A DNA stretch of 54,570 nt from Bigelowiella natans CCMP2755. Lineage: Eukaryota > Protista > Cercozoa. The notes beneath the pieces are model-generated. The model ran no database searches and was not told the DNA's origin. It saw nothing but the letters and a program-made list of their open reading frames with translations. The DNA is taken from the NCBI GenBank assembly GCA_000320545.1, contig ADNK01001314.1, positions 1 to 54,570 of the forward strand. Direction: 5' to 3'. The position numbers and the translations under genes are program-made. Below, one piece after another: positions 43,346-54,570 of the stretch (positions are counted from its first letter, which is position 1; every line of letters begins with the position of its first letter).

Positions 43346-43569
43346 TAGAATGTATGAATATGTGTATGTGTGTGTGTGTGTGTGTGTAGAGCACCCTGGG
43401 TAAGGCAGTAGCATCTGAGAACCTGCAGTCGTAGGGCACAGCAGTTGTAAATAATTGGCTATTTATCCATGTACATATTTACATATATATATATATATAT
43501 ATATATATGTTCAAAGTTGATTTTTAAAGATTTAGTAAATGAAATGGTAGATCAAATGACAACTTACTG

Positions 43570-44093
43570 TAGGTAAAAGAATATGCTGTACTAAATAGCC
43601 ATGCTGCATGGCTGCACGGCGCATCGGATCGACTGTAGTTGTTCACACATTGTTTCTACCGCGCATTAACACATACTACCACTTCATACACCCAGGCACC
43701 AACAGCTATACTAGTATACTCGCAACGTCTAGTATGAACAATGTAGTAACTTTTGAACGTGGGGTCGCAGCCAAATCATATCTCCTGCGCATGCTAGCAT
43801 GCAGCAAGACACGACGAGGCATATTACCATATATAGATACAACATCTGCAACGACTATTTAATCATTCTTGCATTGCATCGCACCAAATCATGCTAGCAT
43901 GCTAGCACATGTCAACGTTGCATGAGCAAGTGAAACCACATCTACGTACGGCGATACGTACCGTGTTTGTTGCTTGCGGGCAGGCAAGCAGGCGGAGAGA
44001 TGTGGTGCCCGTGCGGAGGTGTCGAGGTGCATGCCAGATTATATCATCAGTCAAGCGTACATGCAAAAGCTTGCACGCACATGCATGCATGTG

Positions 44094-44127
<34 letters not shown>

Positions 44128-44280
44128 CTGTCTAGCTGTGTCCCATAACGGACATTGACCGCACACTTCACGATATGCGCGCGCCGGCTTTTCACAGTAC
44201 TGCATGAGGATAGCTACGACATTCTAGCATTGCTGCACATGTATTTTGGAGCACCCCATCGCTTGGTGCGGTGAACTTCA
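43570..44280. other. Palindrome-rich convergent spacer 5 (VPS9 gene / plastid hydrolase)
   Basis: gcatgctagcatgc, CATGCTAGCATG at 43890-43901, acatgcatgcatgt, tatactagtata, gcgcgcgc. Confidence 0.75.
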
Positions 44281-44346
44281 GTCAGTCACAGGCTATCTTT
44301 GCAACAAAAATTGAAGAGCTTTAAAACAGAGTCGTAACAACCAAAT

Positions 44347-45780
44347 CTAACTTGCATGGTCTTGAATGAAACTTCCAACGCTTTCTGCAAAGGCATCCGG
44401 GCTTTCATATGGGAGAAGATTCCGCCCAGGAAGATTTTTGGTGGTAATAAGCGCAGGCATGACTGATTTATATTTCTGTGCCAGAGTTTGTGCAGTGGAC
44501 TTCCTATCGATGGAAGCAATGGTGCTCATCTCACTACCGAAAGCACACATAATAGGTGTAGATGCCGGGTCTATTGCCTTCATTTGGTCAGTGCGATCAC
44601 GGCGCCATAATCCTGCGAGGAAAGCAATGATGGCATTTCGACGGTCATCAGGCACAGAGTGTGTCTGGAGCTCATCTAACCACTCCTCGGTCACAGCCTC
44701 CGGAGAACTGAAAAGGTTTTTGGCACTGAATTTTCTCAGAAATTCTCTTGAGGTCGCGTATTTATAGAACGTGATTCCGAAAGGCGAGCAGTAGCGTGTT
44801 GTCCTGCCTTCATCGTCTTGAAGACGTGGGAATGTGAGCAGGTTCCAGATAGCACTTCTCACGTTGGGATTGAATTCAGTCGAGACTGCCTCCCACGATG
44901 GAGGGGTAGACAACACCAAAGCTCTGATCACCGGCTTCGCAGACATCGATGAGGATGGTGAAGAGGATGCTGCTACTGCAGGAGGACCAGCAAGTTCAAT
45001 GCCGACAGTACCGAGAGCACCTTGAGTGATAACGACCGGTGCCGCGCTATTCATATGACGGGGGTCTCGGATTAGTGCCACGAGATGCTCTTTCCATTGT
45101 TCAACTAAGTCTGTGTACGATGACGAGGATGATGATGAGGAAGCATAGTATGGCGCGCTTCCTCCACACCCAGGCATATCTGGAGCGTAGATATCATGCT
45201 CGGGGTATCTTTTGTGGAAGCTCTCTATGAATCGTCGCCAAAACCACTTTCCAAGTCCAACTCCGACTGGATGTACAAGGAGAAGAGGAGGAGCGGACGA
45301 AGCGCCTGTTCTTGCAGCAGCTCTTACCTTCCAGAGAGGGCATTTAGATCCATCAGGAGCTACGAAGTAGTCCTCTGTGATTACGGAAGAAGATGATGAT
45401 GAAGAAGAAGAAGAAGAAAAAGAATTTGATGATGAACGTTCTTCTTCAGTGCCGCTTCCAGTGACACTGCTACCACTGCTTAGGCCGTTCCCGACAACGC
45501 CATTTGACCTGACCGCAAGAAGACGGGGACTATTAAATGTTTGTTCCTCCGGGCATTTCTTCCTCAAGGCAGCAATAGAAGGAGATGGAGATCTTGCAAG
45601 AGGAGGGATTGGACAAAGAGCACCGTGCGCTGGAAGATGACGATGATTTATTGCGAAACGTCGAGTAGTACTAATTCGAAGGGATGAATCCCCGTTGGAA
45701 ATAGCCACAGATGATGCCGATATGTAGATGAGGACTAGAGCACCGAGACAACATGAAACCCCTACCACACTAGAAATCAT
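44347..45780 (-). CDS. Intronless plastid-targeted alpha/beta-hydrolase-fold protein (477 aa), non-canonical catalytic positions
   Basis: Single ORF with a hydrophobic signal peptide and an Arg/Ser/Pro-rich transit region. Fold motifs: LLLVHPVGVG, IYAPDMPGCGGS, VVITQGALG, LVLSTPP, GRNLLPYESPDAF. Confidence 0.88.
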   Translation of the reverse strand: MISSVVGVSCCLGALVLIYISASSVAISNGDSSLRISTTRRFAINHRHLPAHGALCPIPPLARSPSPSIAALRKKCPEEQTFNSPRLLAVRSNGVVGNGLSSGSSVTGSGTEEERSSSNSFSSSSSSSSSSSVITEDYFVAPDGSKCPLWKVRAAARTGASSAPPLLLVHPVGVGLGKWFWRRFIESFHKRYPEHDIYAPDMPGCGGSAPYYASSSSSSSSYTDLVEQWKEHLVALIRDPRHMNSAAPVVITQGALGTVGIELAGPPAVAASSSPSSSMSAKPVIRALVLSTPPSWEAVSTEFNPNVRSAIWNLLTFPRLQDDEGRTTRYCSPFGITFYKYATSREFLRKFSAKNLFSSPEAVTEEWLDELQTHSVPDDRRNAIIAFLAGLWRRDRTDQMKAIDPASTPIMCAFGSEMSTIASIDRKSTAQTLAQKYKSVMPALITTKNLPGRNLLPYESPDAFAESVGSFIQDHAS

Positions 45781-46412
45781 TATAACACTCCGTCAGCAAG
45801 TCTTGTAGCCTTTTCCTTGCGGGTATAAGGAGGAGGGCATATAATGATCATGCGAGTAGGCGGAATGCTACAGCATGCTTCATTGCTTACCATCTGCTCC
45901 TTGGCCCTCCTCTCCCCATTGCACTTCTCCTTCTCGAGGAGTGATCCCTCACCGTCTCGTCGTCGTCCGTCGTCGGCAGTACGAGACCTAACTGCTTTTT
46001 GACAATCTAATAATCTAGATAATTCCGTACAGAGAAGTTGTCGTTCGGATAAAATTCCCCCCATTTCACTGAATATAGAAATCAAACGATTTCCTGCGAT
46101 TTATCACCTTGCGACAACTCTATTTCATGGAAAATGGGATTGGGCTGCCACCCCTTCCTCAAAACCCAACTCCGACTGCGTCAATAATTGTGCTGCCGCC
46201 AAAAGAACACTCGCGGGTCATTTGATGCGTGTTGGCTCTCCGACAAAGCAGGTTCCATGTCGCTGGGCGGTAGTCTACGCAGGATGAGAGTATTTAGCAC
46301 ATTATTCGGACAACAACACACTCCCCTCAGGTCAATACGAGGGCCGCTCGTATAACTCTTCCATTTTATCACAACAGCCAGCCAAGGATTGGAACTTGGC
46401 GCGCAGCAAAGA
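45781..46412. promoter_or_regulatory. Putative bidirectional promoter region (plastid hydrolase / TH1 gene)
   Basis: About 630 bp between divergent ATGs. AAACCC at 46162. Confidence 0.5.
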
Positions 46413-47313
46413 ATGGGGAACGTTAAAAGTGCTGAAGCAGTCGATCACAGTAAAGCACCAAAGGTGCTGGCAGCTATAAAGGAGTTGGGAGGAGATGATG
46501 ACTCAGAGAGCATCCAGCACGTAGCAGCAGGAAACTTACAGGAGCAAGTAGCCAGCGGGGGTAACAATAACAATACAAAGTGGCAGAAGAGGGTGATTGT
46601 TATCACAACAAAGGTAGGCATGATGCTGATCAATATTCATCAAAAAGCGTTCCCTACTGCGCAGTAAACTTTATGAATATAGTATGTTGATAAGAAATAC
46701 TATGCATAGGCCATCTACTGCTTTGCTGAGGTGTCTTCTTCCTTTGAATGCAAACGAAGAATTGACTTAGCTCTCGTCCGTGCAATCTCCAAATCCACTA
46801 TCTCAGACGAATTTGTACGTCAACTAATCACGTAGATGCCTACCACGTGTTACGTGCAAGCCTTCTCTCAAGCATCATCTATTGAGAGGAACTATGCCTT
46901 TTCCTTCTAAGAAAGTGGCTATCCATTATTTTTTCAATAGGTTTTGCATGTCCCGACTGAATATGATACCCATCTCCGCTGCGAAGATAAAAAAGTCATC
47001 ATCGAGGTGATAGCCCAACATGTAGGAGCGGCTCTCAGGGCAATGTTTCTAAATCGCGTGAGGAGGAGATGAAGGCGTTGAAAAAGAAGGAAGAAGGTGA
47101 CCAGAAAAGAAGGTGGATGGTGACTCAAGGAGACGAAACCATAATACCGAGGGCAGCATCATTCATATCAACATTCAGCGGAAGAATTTAAGACAAATTG
47201 CCACTTGTAAAGGTGAAATGAGATGGTAGATACACCCTTGAAATGCGCGACACCACGGAACATCAATATCAACACTGTAATCATCATGACCACTATCATC
47301 TTTTGCGAAGGTT

Positions 47314-47355
<42 letters not shown>

Positions 47356-47373
47356 TCCGTCAGGTTGTCTCTT

Positions 47374-47418
<45 letters not shown>

Positions 47419-47620
47419 ATGTTTTTACAACATCGTTTTGCAGCTGCGGCTAGTAAGGACGAAAACCTGGCAGGAGCCAATCTGTTAGCTATCCTGGAAT
47501 CTACCATCGAGGTGTGCATCATCCCTTGCCTTACCACACACCACACACATTATAGATATTATGTGCGTGTGTCTGTTGTCAATAGTGGGATCGGTCGCTA
47601 TCATCAGTATCACCACTATC

Positions 47621-47655
<35 letters not shown>

Positions 47656-48836
47656 ATCACAGGGCACATGCTTTGACCGACTAGCACTTAGCCTGTCTCA
47701 GAAAGTGCAGGAAATACTCACCACCTACGCCACGGAAAGGGAATCCGTTATATTCACTGATTATCTGATAAAGGTTTGCACACGATAACGACGATCATAA
47801 TGATGATGACGGCTATCATAGAGTTCATTGATGATGCTTAGCTGTAAATCCTATCGTTTCAGGTCAACAAGAGAGGAAAGGAGCAGAAGCGAATTCTCAT
47901 GCTGACAAATCTTGCGATGTAAGACGATCATGGTGGTGATGGTGCTGATGCTAATCTCTAAGATATAGCAGTATCACCATTGGATTTACTGCTGCTCCCC
48001 CCACGCTCAGGTACAATCTGACTCCCAGCTTCGAGATGAAACGGCGGATTCCAATCCAGCTAATACCGCACATTACCGTGCGGTCATCAAACTCCACCGA
48101 CTTCATCGTTCATGTCATATCGGAGTACGACTACGCGCTCAAGTACGCACATCGGTCCACCTTCATCGATTGCCTGGAGAGAATAAGACGGAGCATCAAC
48201 CCCAACCCCATCACGGTGGCTGCTAGCGGGGATTGCGAGTTCCAGGCCATCTTGATGACGCAGGATAAGATGCACAATTTCTACCAAAGGAACCAACGAT
48301 TGTCTATGCTTTCTCGCAAGATTTCCAGCACGAGAAGGATAGAGGGCGCGGTGAAGCTCTTCCTCCAGAACACCAAACAGCCTTCAAATTCCGATGATAC
48401 AGCAAAAGCTGTCGCTGGTACTGCTGCTGATAGTAAAGAATACGTAAAGAACACATCGTCGATTAAGGCCCCTACTAACGATACTATGCACAAGCGCAAA
48501 ATCACAAGCAGCCGCTCATTAGCCCAATCAACGACGACGACAATAACTCTCAGTAGTAGCTTAAACCAGCAAGCAGCAGCAGCAGTACCAGGTAATGCTG
48601 CTGCTGCTGCTGCTACTACTACTACTACTACTTCTCGTAGTAATAGTAGTGGCATTAGCAGTGAGACAACCGACGCCGCTTATGATGGCATTGTGTCAGC
48701 TGTACCATCTTCCAACTCAAAGCTGTTCAGCCCGGGTACCGACAGCAATCCGGAAAGCGACGTTCGGATCGCTGAGGCCGCAACAAAAGCAACAACTGCT
48801 GGCAACGCCAGTCCTCGCGTGATCAATGTAGACTAA
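46413..48836 (+). CDS. Protein with two myosin-I TH1 (PH-like) domains, N-myristoylation motif and Ser/Thr-rich tail; no motor domain
   Basis: Starts MGNVKS. Repeat 1: KWQKRVIVITTK|AIYCF..CKRRIDLALVRAISKSTISDEF|VLHVPTEYD. Repeat 2: VIFTDYLIK|VNKRGKEQKRILMLTNLAM|YNL..MKRRIPIQLIPHITVRSSNSTDFIVHVISEYD. Both follow the TH1 pattern. Confidence 0.85.
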
Positions 48837-48839
48837 ATT

Positions 48840-50070
48840 AGATCGGGATTATTATTGGAATAACTAGAAATAGATACTAACCCATCGCAACACATCGATC
48901 ATCGTGCTGGAACCTTGCTTCTGAAGCGAGGAGGAGACTCAGACTACAAGAAACTATAATAATGCCTAGATGCTGCGAAGATAAAAGAACAATTATTCCG
49001 CGCCAAAAGGCAATGCGTGATCAATTCAATAGAACAGCTATATCGTATTATATAAAGTCGGTAGTAGCTGACGAGTGTCAGAGCCCTCTCTGCCACTTAT
49101 GAATACAGCAGCGATCGAATGCGACATATATAGAACAAATTTCATCACACCCACGTACACTACCATTATATGTGAACTTTGGCATATAGTTGTCTAGATG
49201 TTTGTGCAATCTAGATATGTATATGACGAGCGTGAAGTGTTGAAAGATTAGATATCATCACAGCAGTTATTATTTGTTCATCGATGCGTGTACCATCCTA
49301 AGGAGGTTGTTACGAGCTCTCTAGTGCTGCATGTATGCCCATGCTATATTATTCCAAATGAGCGATAGATGGAGCGTGCATATATCTAGTGGAGCAAGAG
49401 AGCACTAGAGCATCTGGATGCGCTCTCCGCCATTCATTTATTTGCCTGGTTCGTTGTCTTATATAACTAGACAATAATAGCTAGCTGCTAGCTAGCTAGC
49501 TAGTATATTTGCACACTCCAATCTAGCAATTTTCATCTAAGCCGCCGCACTAGCTAGCTAGCTAGCTAGTAGCGCATGTTGTGACTGTTGTCATTGTTTT
49601 GATAGCAGGCGCCTAGCTAGCTAGCTAGCTAGTAGGCGCTGCTTGCGATGCATTGCATACTAGTATATAGCGTATGTTGACATCGTGTCTCTAGCTAGAT
49701 CTTGAGATCTCTATACTACACTAGATCTAGTATATACGCGCTAAAGCGAGCGAGCTAGCGAGGTTCCATGCACACACGAGAAGTCTCGACTAGTCGATCT
49801 AGCGATGTATACTCATCATCAAGCTAGTAAGTTGCGTAGCGTTCTAGCAGCGTCTCCTAGTTGCAAAACCAATGTAGCACTCTGATGGGCATATGAGCAC
49901 CTATGATGCACTCTAGCACTGTGCATGCTAGCATGCTGTGTGAACATCTCATCCATCTGGTACGTTGCTTGCGTGATGCCCCATGCTAGCATGCATTGAG
50001 TTGCTCACCAGGGTTATACAGGGCTAGACGTACACATCCAGACATGTATTCGCAAATAATAACAGCCTAG
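48840..50070. other. Palindrome-rich convergent spacer 6 (TH1 gene / LMF1)
   Basis: (CTAG)4 at 49488-49503, (CTAG)5 at 49550-49569 and 49613-49632, actagatctagt, gcatgctagcatgc. Confidence 0.85.
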
Positions 50071-50245
50071 AACCATACTTGAACTGTTTGCTCTCCCTAT
50101 CTTTTTTTTAGTTTTCACGCCCCCCCTTGCCCCCCTAGCCCCCCCCCCCCCCCCCCCGCACATATATGGATTAATCGCTAACACTTATGCTACTGCTGCT
50201 GTCGCCATCGAGTGTCCCGTGCTCGCGGCTTCCAAGTCTATTTAT

Positions 50246-50824
50246 TTAAGAGGAAACGGGATTGTGAAGGCAAGTGAACCTACTCGTACTTCCTACGCAT
50301 AAAAACATGGGTGCTAGCTGTGGACTCGTGTGAGTACTATCTACAATATGAGCTGCTTGCGTTAAATGCACATGCCACCGTGTTTTAATGTGCTGCTGGA
50401 GTTGACACACCTTTGAGGAGGAAGATACAGATTTCGGTATTCTCGAATCCACGTTTGGCCGTTCTGGATGGTACAATGGGCGTCGGTTACTTGATAGATT
50501 AGTGGCTCGCCTTGGAACACAAAAGTACCTTCTCTGCGGACGAGTTTCTAGGAGCATAGCGGTACCGATACCTGGTTATGATGGTAATGATTTTGCTCAT
50601 TAAATATGCTGGTAAGGCTAATATATAATTACATATACGATGTACATAAGTTCGTGTGTGTGTGTGTGTGTGTGTGTGCATTTCTTGCTTGAAGAATCAA
50701 AGGAACCGTGTTGTTTCACTATACTGTCGCACCTGTCCATTCTAATGTATTTCGGTGGATTCTCTGGGAATGGATTTCTGCGCAGAAGCCCAAGAACCTA
50801 CAGCAGCAGCACCCCACTCTTATT

Positions 50825-50869
<45 letters not shown>

Positions 50870-51609
50870 GGGTACCTCTTTGTCATTCTGAAGTAGTTTC
50901 TGCGCAAAGGAAGCTAGCCACTCATCACGCCCATACCTAACGATAGGCGGCAGCAGACCACACACATCACACACACGCCTTGCAACACACTGTACGATCG
51001 CACATAACGCATCTTCATGATTATTTCATATCGTAATAAGAGAAGAAGGTGGTGAGTGTAGGTGAGAGAACTGTCGGCTCATTGATAGGCAGTAATATAC
51101 GGTGGTAGAAGGTTTCGCTGCTTTCACGCTCTGCACAGTAATAGAAGCAGAGTAGCAGTACCACTTTTATCATCATTACTAATAATAATTATTGTCAGTC
51201 GTGTACCCTTGTAGTTTGGGCGAAAAGGCTGCAAACCACATCAGCCAATCTAACCTGAAATTTCAATATTAAGGATGTGTTGATGGAGCACAGCGCTGCT
51301 AGTTCTTCTGTTCGATCCATTTGACTTATTTTCATTTCACGGTGGCTTGATGTATACCGATAGTGATACGGAGAGAAGAATGGAGGTCTCCGCTTCAATG
51401 GGCCTGAGAGAGAAAATGAATGTTGTGGGGACATACATTAAAGGCGCAGCTCGAAGCATATGCATCCGTTGTTACCACCCGATGCAGACGGGATAGTCAA
51501 AGAAAAATAAGATTTTGAGATGTGTAGAGAAAGTACTGTGTCGCTCCTGACGAACACTTGCAACAGCACCACTGCTGTTACTTTGATATAGATGCTGCTA
51601 CTACTACTA

Positions 51610-51641
<32 letters not shown>

Positions 51642-53506
51642 ACAACAGCAACAACATCAGTAATAACGATAACAATAACAATAACAATAACAATGACAAT
51701 AATAATACCAACAACGACAATGAAAAAGAGTGCTACTATTTGTTAAACAAGTACTGCTGCTGCTGCTAAACACAACGACACAGCAGCTAGCTACTCATTA
51801 TCGGTAGCTAGTGATATATACGTCGCATGTAGCATTTGTATACTGTGTCACTGGTGCTACCTGGCTTGGCTTTGAATTCGTATTCCTTCCATTCACTCTC
51901 TGGAGCTCTGAGATCATGTATGGAAGGAGTATTGAAGAAACACACAGTCAGTAGCGACATCAAGATGGTGAAGATAAAAGCTGGATTCATGAGCACGAAC
52001 GCACTTCGGATTAAGACTCTGAGTGCCCTTCACGATGACTTCAAATCTCTCTTTCGTCACAGAGCCTATCGTCAACCACACACACACACATACACATACA
52101 CACATATCGTTGGCCAATTGGCAGATGAAAGCGTCCATCCATCACCATCACTTTCTACACCACCATCATCATCATCATCATCATCATCGTCATCATCATC
52201 GTCTCCACACAGCCTTTTCCCCCGGTGTTGCCGCTGCTGCTAAGCTAGAAACCCAACGGAGAGAAAACCGTACCGAACGCGCCGTATGTTCCGAGAATAG
52301 AGAATGGGGCGACACTGTAGGAAATGAATAAACAATTCAATAATCAAACAGCTTGGTCTTCTTCTTCTTCTTCTTCTTCTTTGCTGGTCTAAATTGACGT
52401 ACTTGCTGTTCATAACTTGGCGGCGAGACATCAGATTTCGAACCTAATGTGGATATGATGATGATCTCGGCGTAATTACAGCAGCAGCCACTACTACTGA
52501 TATAGCTGTCTTGGAGAATGGCATCATGACTTTAGCAGCGTGAGAAATATATCAGGCAAGGAATCGATTGTACGAGGCGAGGAAGAAAGGGAGATAAGCA
52601 ATCAAGATCTCTTCCTTCAGCCCTCTCCTGCGAGGAGGCGACTGGGGGGGGGAATATGCAGTGAAATGATAATTGCTGGTGAGTTGTTTGAAAATGAGTG
52701 AGGAGTACCACTGGGAGAGAATACTTGGCCAACATCAACCCTACGATATGAGTGGAGAGTTATGCTACTGCTTTATCTTCAACACCACCACCATAAACGT
52801 GATGAAGTCTTGCTATCACTGGAATGGGCGCGTGTGAGGAGTTACAACAGCTATTACTACCAAAGGCAAGGTATGACAGTTGACTCGTAGCTTCTTTAAC
52901 AAAAGAGCTTGCGGAGGCAGAGGGCTTTATTTGGCCGTAATAAGCATTCCCTGCCGCCTCGACGCGCTTGAGCTGTTTAATGGTGGAAATAACGACATTA
53001 ACTAGGTTGGTTGCCCTGGTAGTAATAACGGTGATGATGATGATGATGATGATGATGATTACAGTGGAGAAGCAGCACAACGCAGACATTAATTCAGCTT
53101 TAGAACGTACAGCACCGTGGATACTCGCATTGCTATATCGTCGTCGTCGTCGTCGTCGTCGTCGTATTCATCGTCGTAATTATCATCATTAATAGCTGCT
53201 GCAGTGAAGAACTGCAGTTGCATCATCGTTCTCATATTTCGTATGTAAATACCGTGGATTCTGGGAATAAATGCTTCAGATGATCGTCGTTGAAGCACGC
53301 CAAAGCAGGTATCTATAACCAAAAGCAATTAGGGCCTAATCTCACTCCCCTCTCCCCTGTAAGTCGAGAAGATATATATAATATATAGGGAAGGGGGGGT
53401 CACGAAGTAGCTTACGTGTCGTCGTACCATCGTTAGCCAGTTAAGGAAGGATAGGTTGCCAGATGAAATCAACACGGCCTGGAAGATGATCTGCAGCATT
53501 CCACTT

Positions 53507-53556
<50 letters not shown>

Positions 53557-54106
53557 CAGAAATTGACAAGAGAATGATGAGTGATGAGTGATACTGAGAT
53601 GGTCGATGATGCTTATATCATGATGCTTTAGATGCTTCATATGAGTATCATCTGCGGATATATGGAAGAGGGGTGATGACAACAAACAATCACGAAAACA
53701 CAGCACCTGACAGCTCTTGCTGATGCATGTGGCGCAACAAGCGCCCAAGGAAGGACCTCGATGATACACCCAGCAATCACGAACAAATAAAATATAAATA
53801 AGTAAGTAGAGTCGCCCAGGGAAGGGACAGCTCCTTCAATATCCCAACAAATGCAGTCGGCTATAATATATTATTGATGTTGTGACGGGGGTGCTCAATG
53901 TAGGTTTGCTAGAGATGAAGCAGAGATGTTTGGAACAATAAATAACCGAATAAAATGGAGGGGGAACCCAACGAGGGTGTGGTAGTGGTTGGGTGACTCT
54001 TCTCTTACAAACACTGTTTCTATCTCTAGACTCTACTACCAGCTCCACGACGTGATTCATGGCTGTCTCAAATGCATGCCATTTCCTGTGCGAATTTCGT
54101 TGAGAC

Positions 54107-54142
<36 letters not shown>

Positions 54143-54570
54143 ATGATGACAATGGACACTGTTACCGCAATGCGTGGACAACTATGCTGCAATTATCAGC
54201 ACAACCTCCGCCACCAATTTGTACTTTTCTTCTTCTTCATCTTCTACTACTACTACTACTACTACTACTACTGCTGCTGCTGCTACTACTACTACTTCCA
54301 CCTCGGCATATGGTGCATTGCACGGCTAAGAGGGCCTGGAACCGGCTGTGTTTCGTAGTGATAGTCCTACAATTGTTTGTGCTTTCAGCTATATTCGCGG
54401 TTAGCTCAAAGGACAGAAGAGGTGGAGAAGGAGGAGGAGGAGAGGAGGAGGAGGAGGAGGGAGAGGAAGCAGTGCTATTGGCGGTGGTGGTGATCGAGAG
54501 AAGAGAGGAAGCAGTTTCTACTGGGAGTAGTACTACTGCTATTATGAGTAGTACCATTGCTGTGAGAGTC
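50246..54570 (-). CDS. LMF1: Lipase maturation factor family protein (LMF1-like), multi-exon, 5' end beyond right edge
   Basis: Motifs QPVPGPLSRAMHHMP, AFETAMNHVVEL, QIIFQAVLISSGNLSFLNWLTM, GSVTKERFEVIVKGT, WKEYEFKAKPG|PLKRRPPFFSPYHYR|LDWLMWFAAF, LLRRNPFPENPPKYIRMDR|YRY and WIREYRNLYLPP. The last exon/stop is uncertain (about 50246 or 50337). Confidence 0.93.

Noticed and set aside
47022-47151. Possible GC donor (AGG|GCAATG) in the TH1 gene
   Set aside because: A canonical GTAGGA donor at 47022 gives the same phase with the same acceptor.

Overview
Intron-rich, microsatellite-rich eukaryotic nuclear DNA. Two genes carry signal-peptide plus Arg/Ser-rich transit leaders, which points to an alga with a complex plastid (chlorarachniophyte-like; inference). 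Manual splicing gives 12 supported genes and 1 weak one. In order: SLC12A9-like cation-chloride cotransporter (-, runs off left edge), a 64-aa G-protein gamma-like CaaX protein (+), plastid DXR (-), small hypothetical gene (+, weak), coiled-coil protein (-), theta-like GST (+), membrane alpha/beta-hydrolase (-), folylpolyglutamate synthase (+), CAMK-group kinase (-), VPS9-domain protein (+), plastid-targeted non-canonical alpha/beta-hydrolase (-), myristoylation-motif tandem myosin-TH1 protein (+), LMF1 (-, runs off right edge). The most striking property is architectural. Gene orientation alternates at every junction. All six tail-to-tail spacers share a composition rich in short palindromes (CTAG, AGCT, GCATGC, GCGC, TATA). 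All six head-to-head spacers are rich in A/T runs, lack long microsatellites and contain AAACCC/GGGTTT. Microsatellites build up mainly in gene bodies away from the promoter. No rRNA, tRNA, CRISPR or transposase was recognised. Exon boundaries and motif counts were read by eye.
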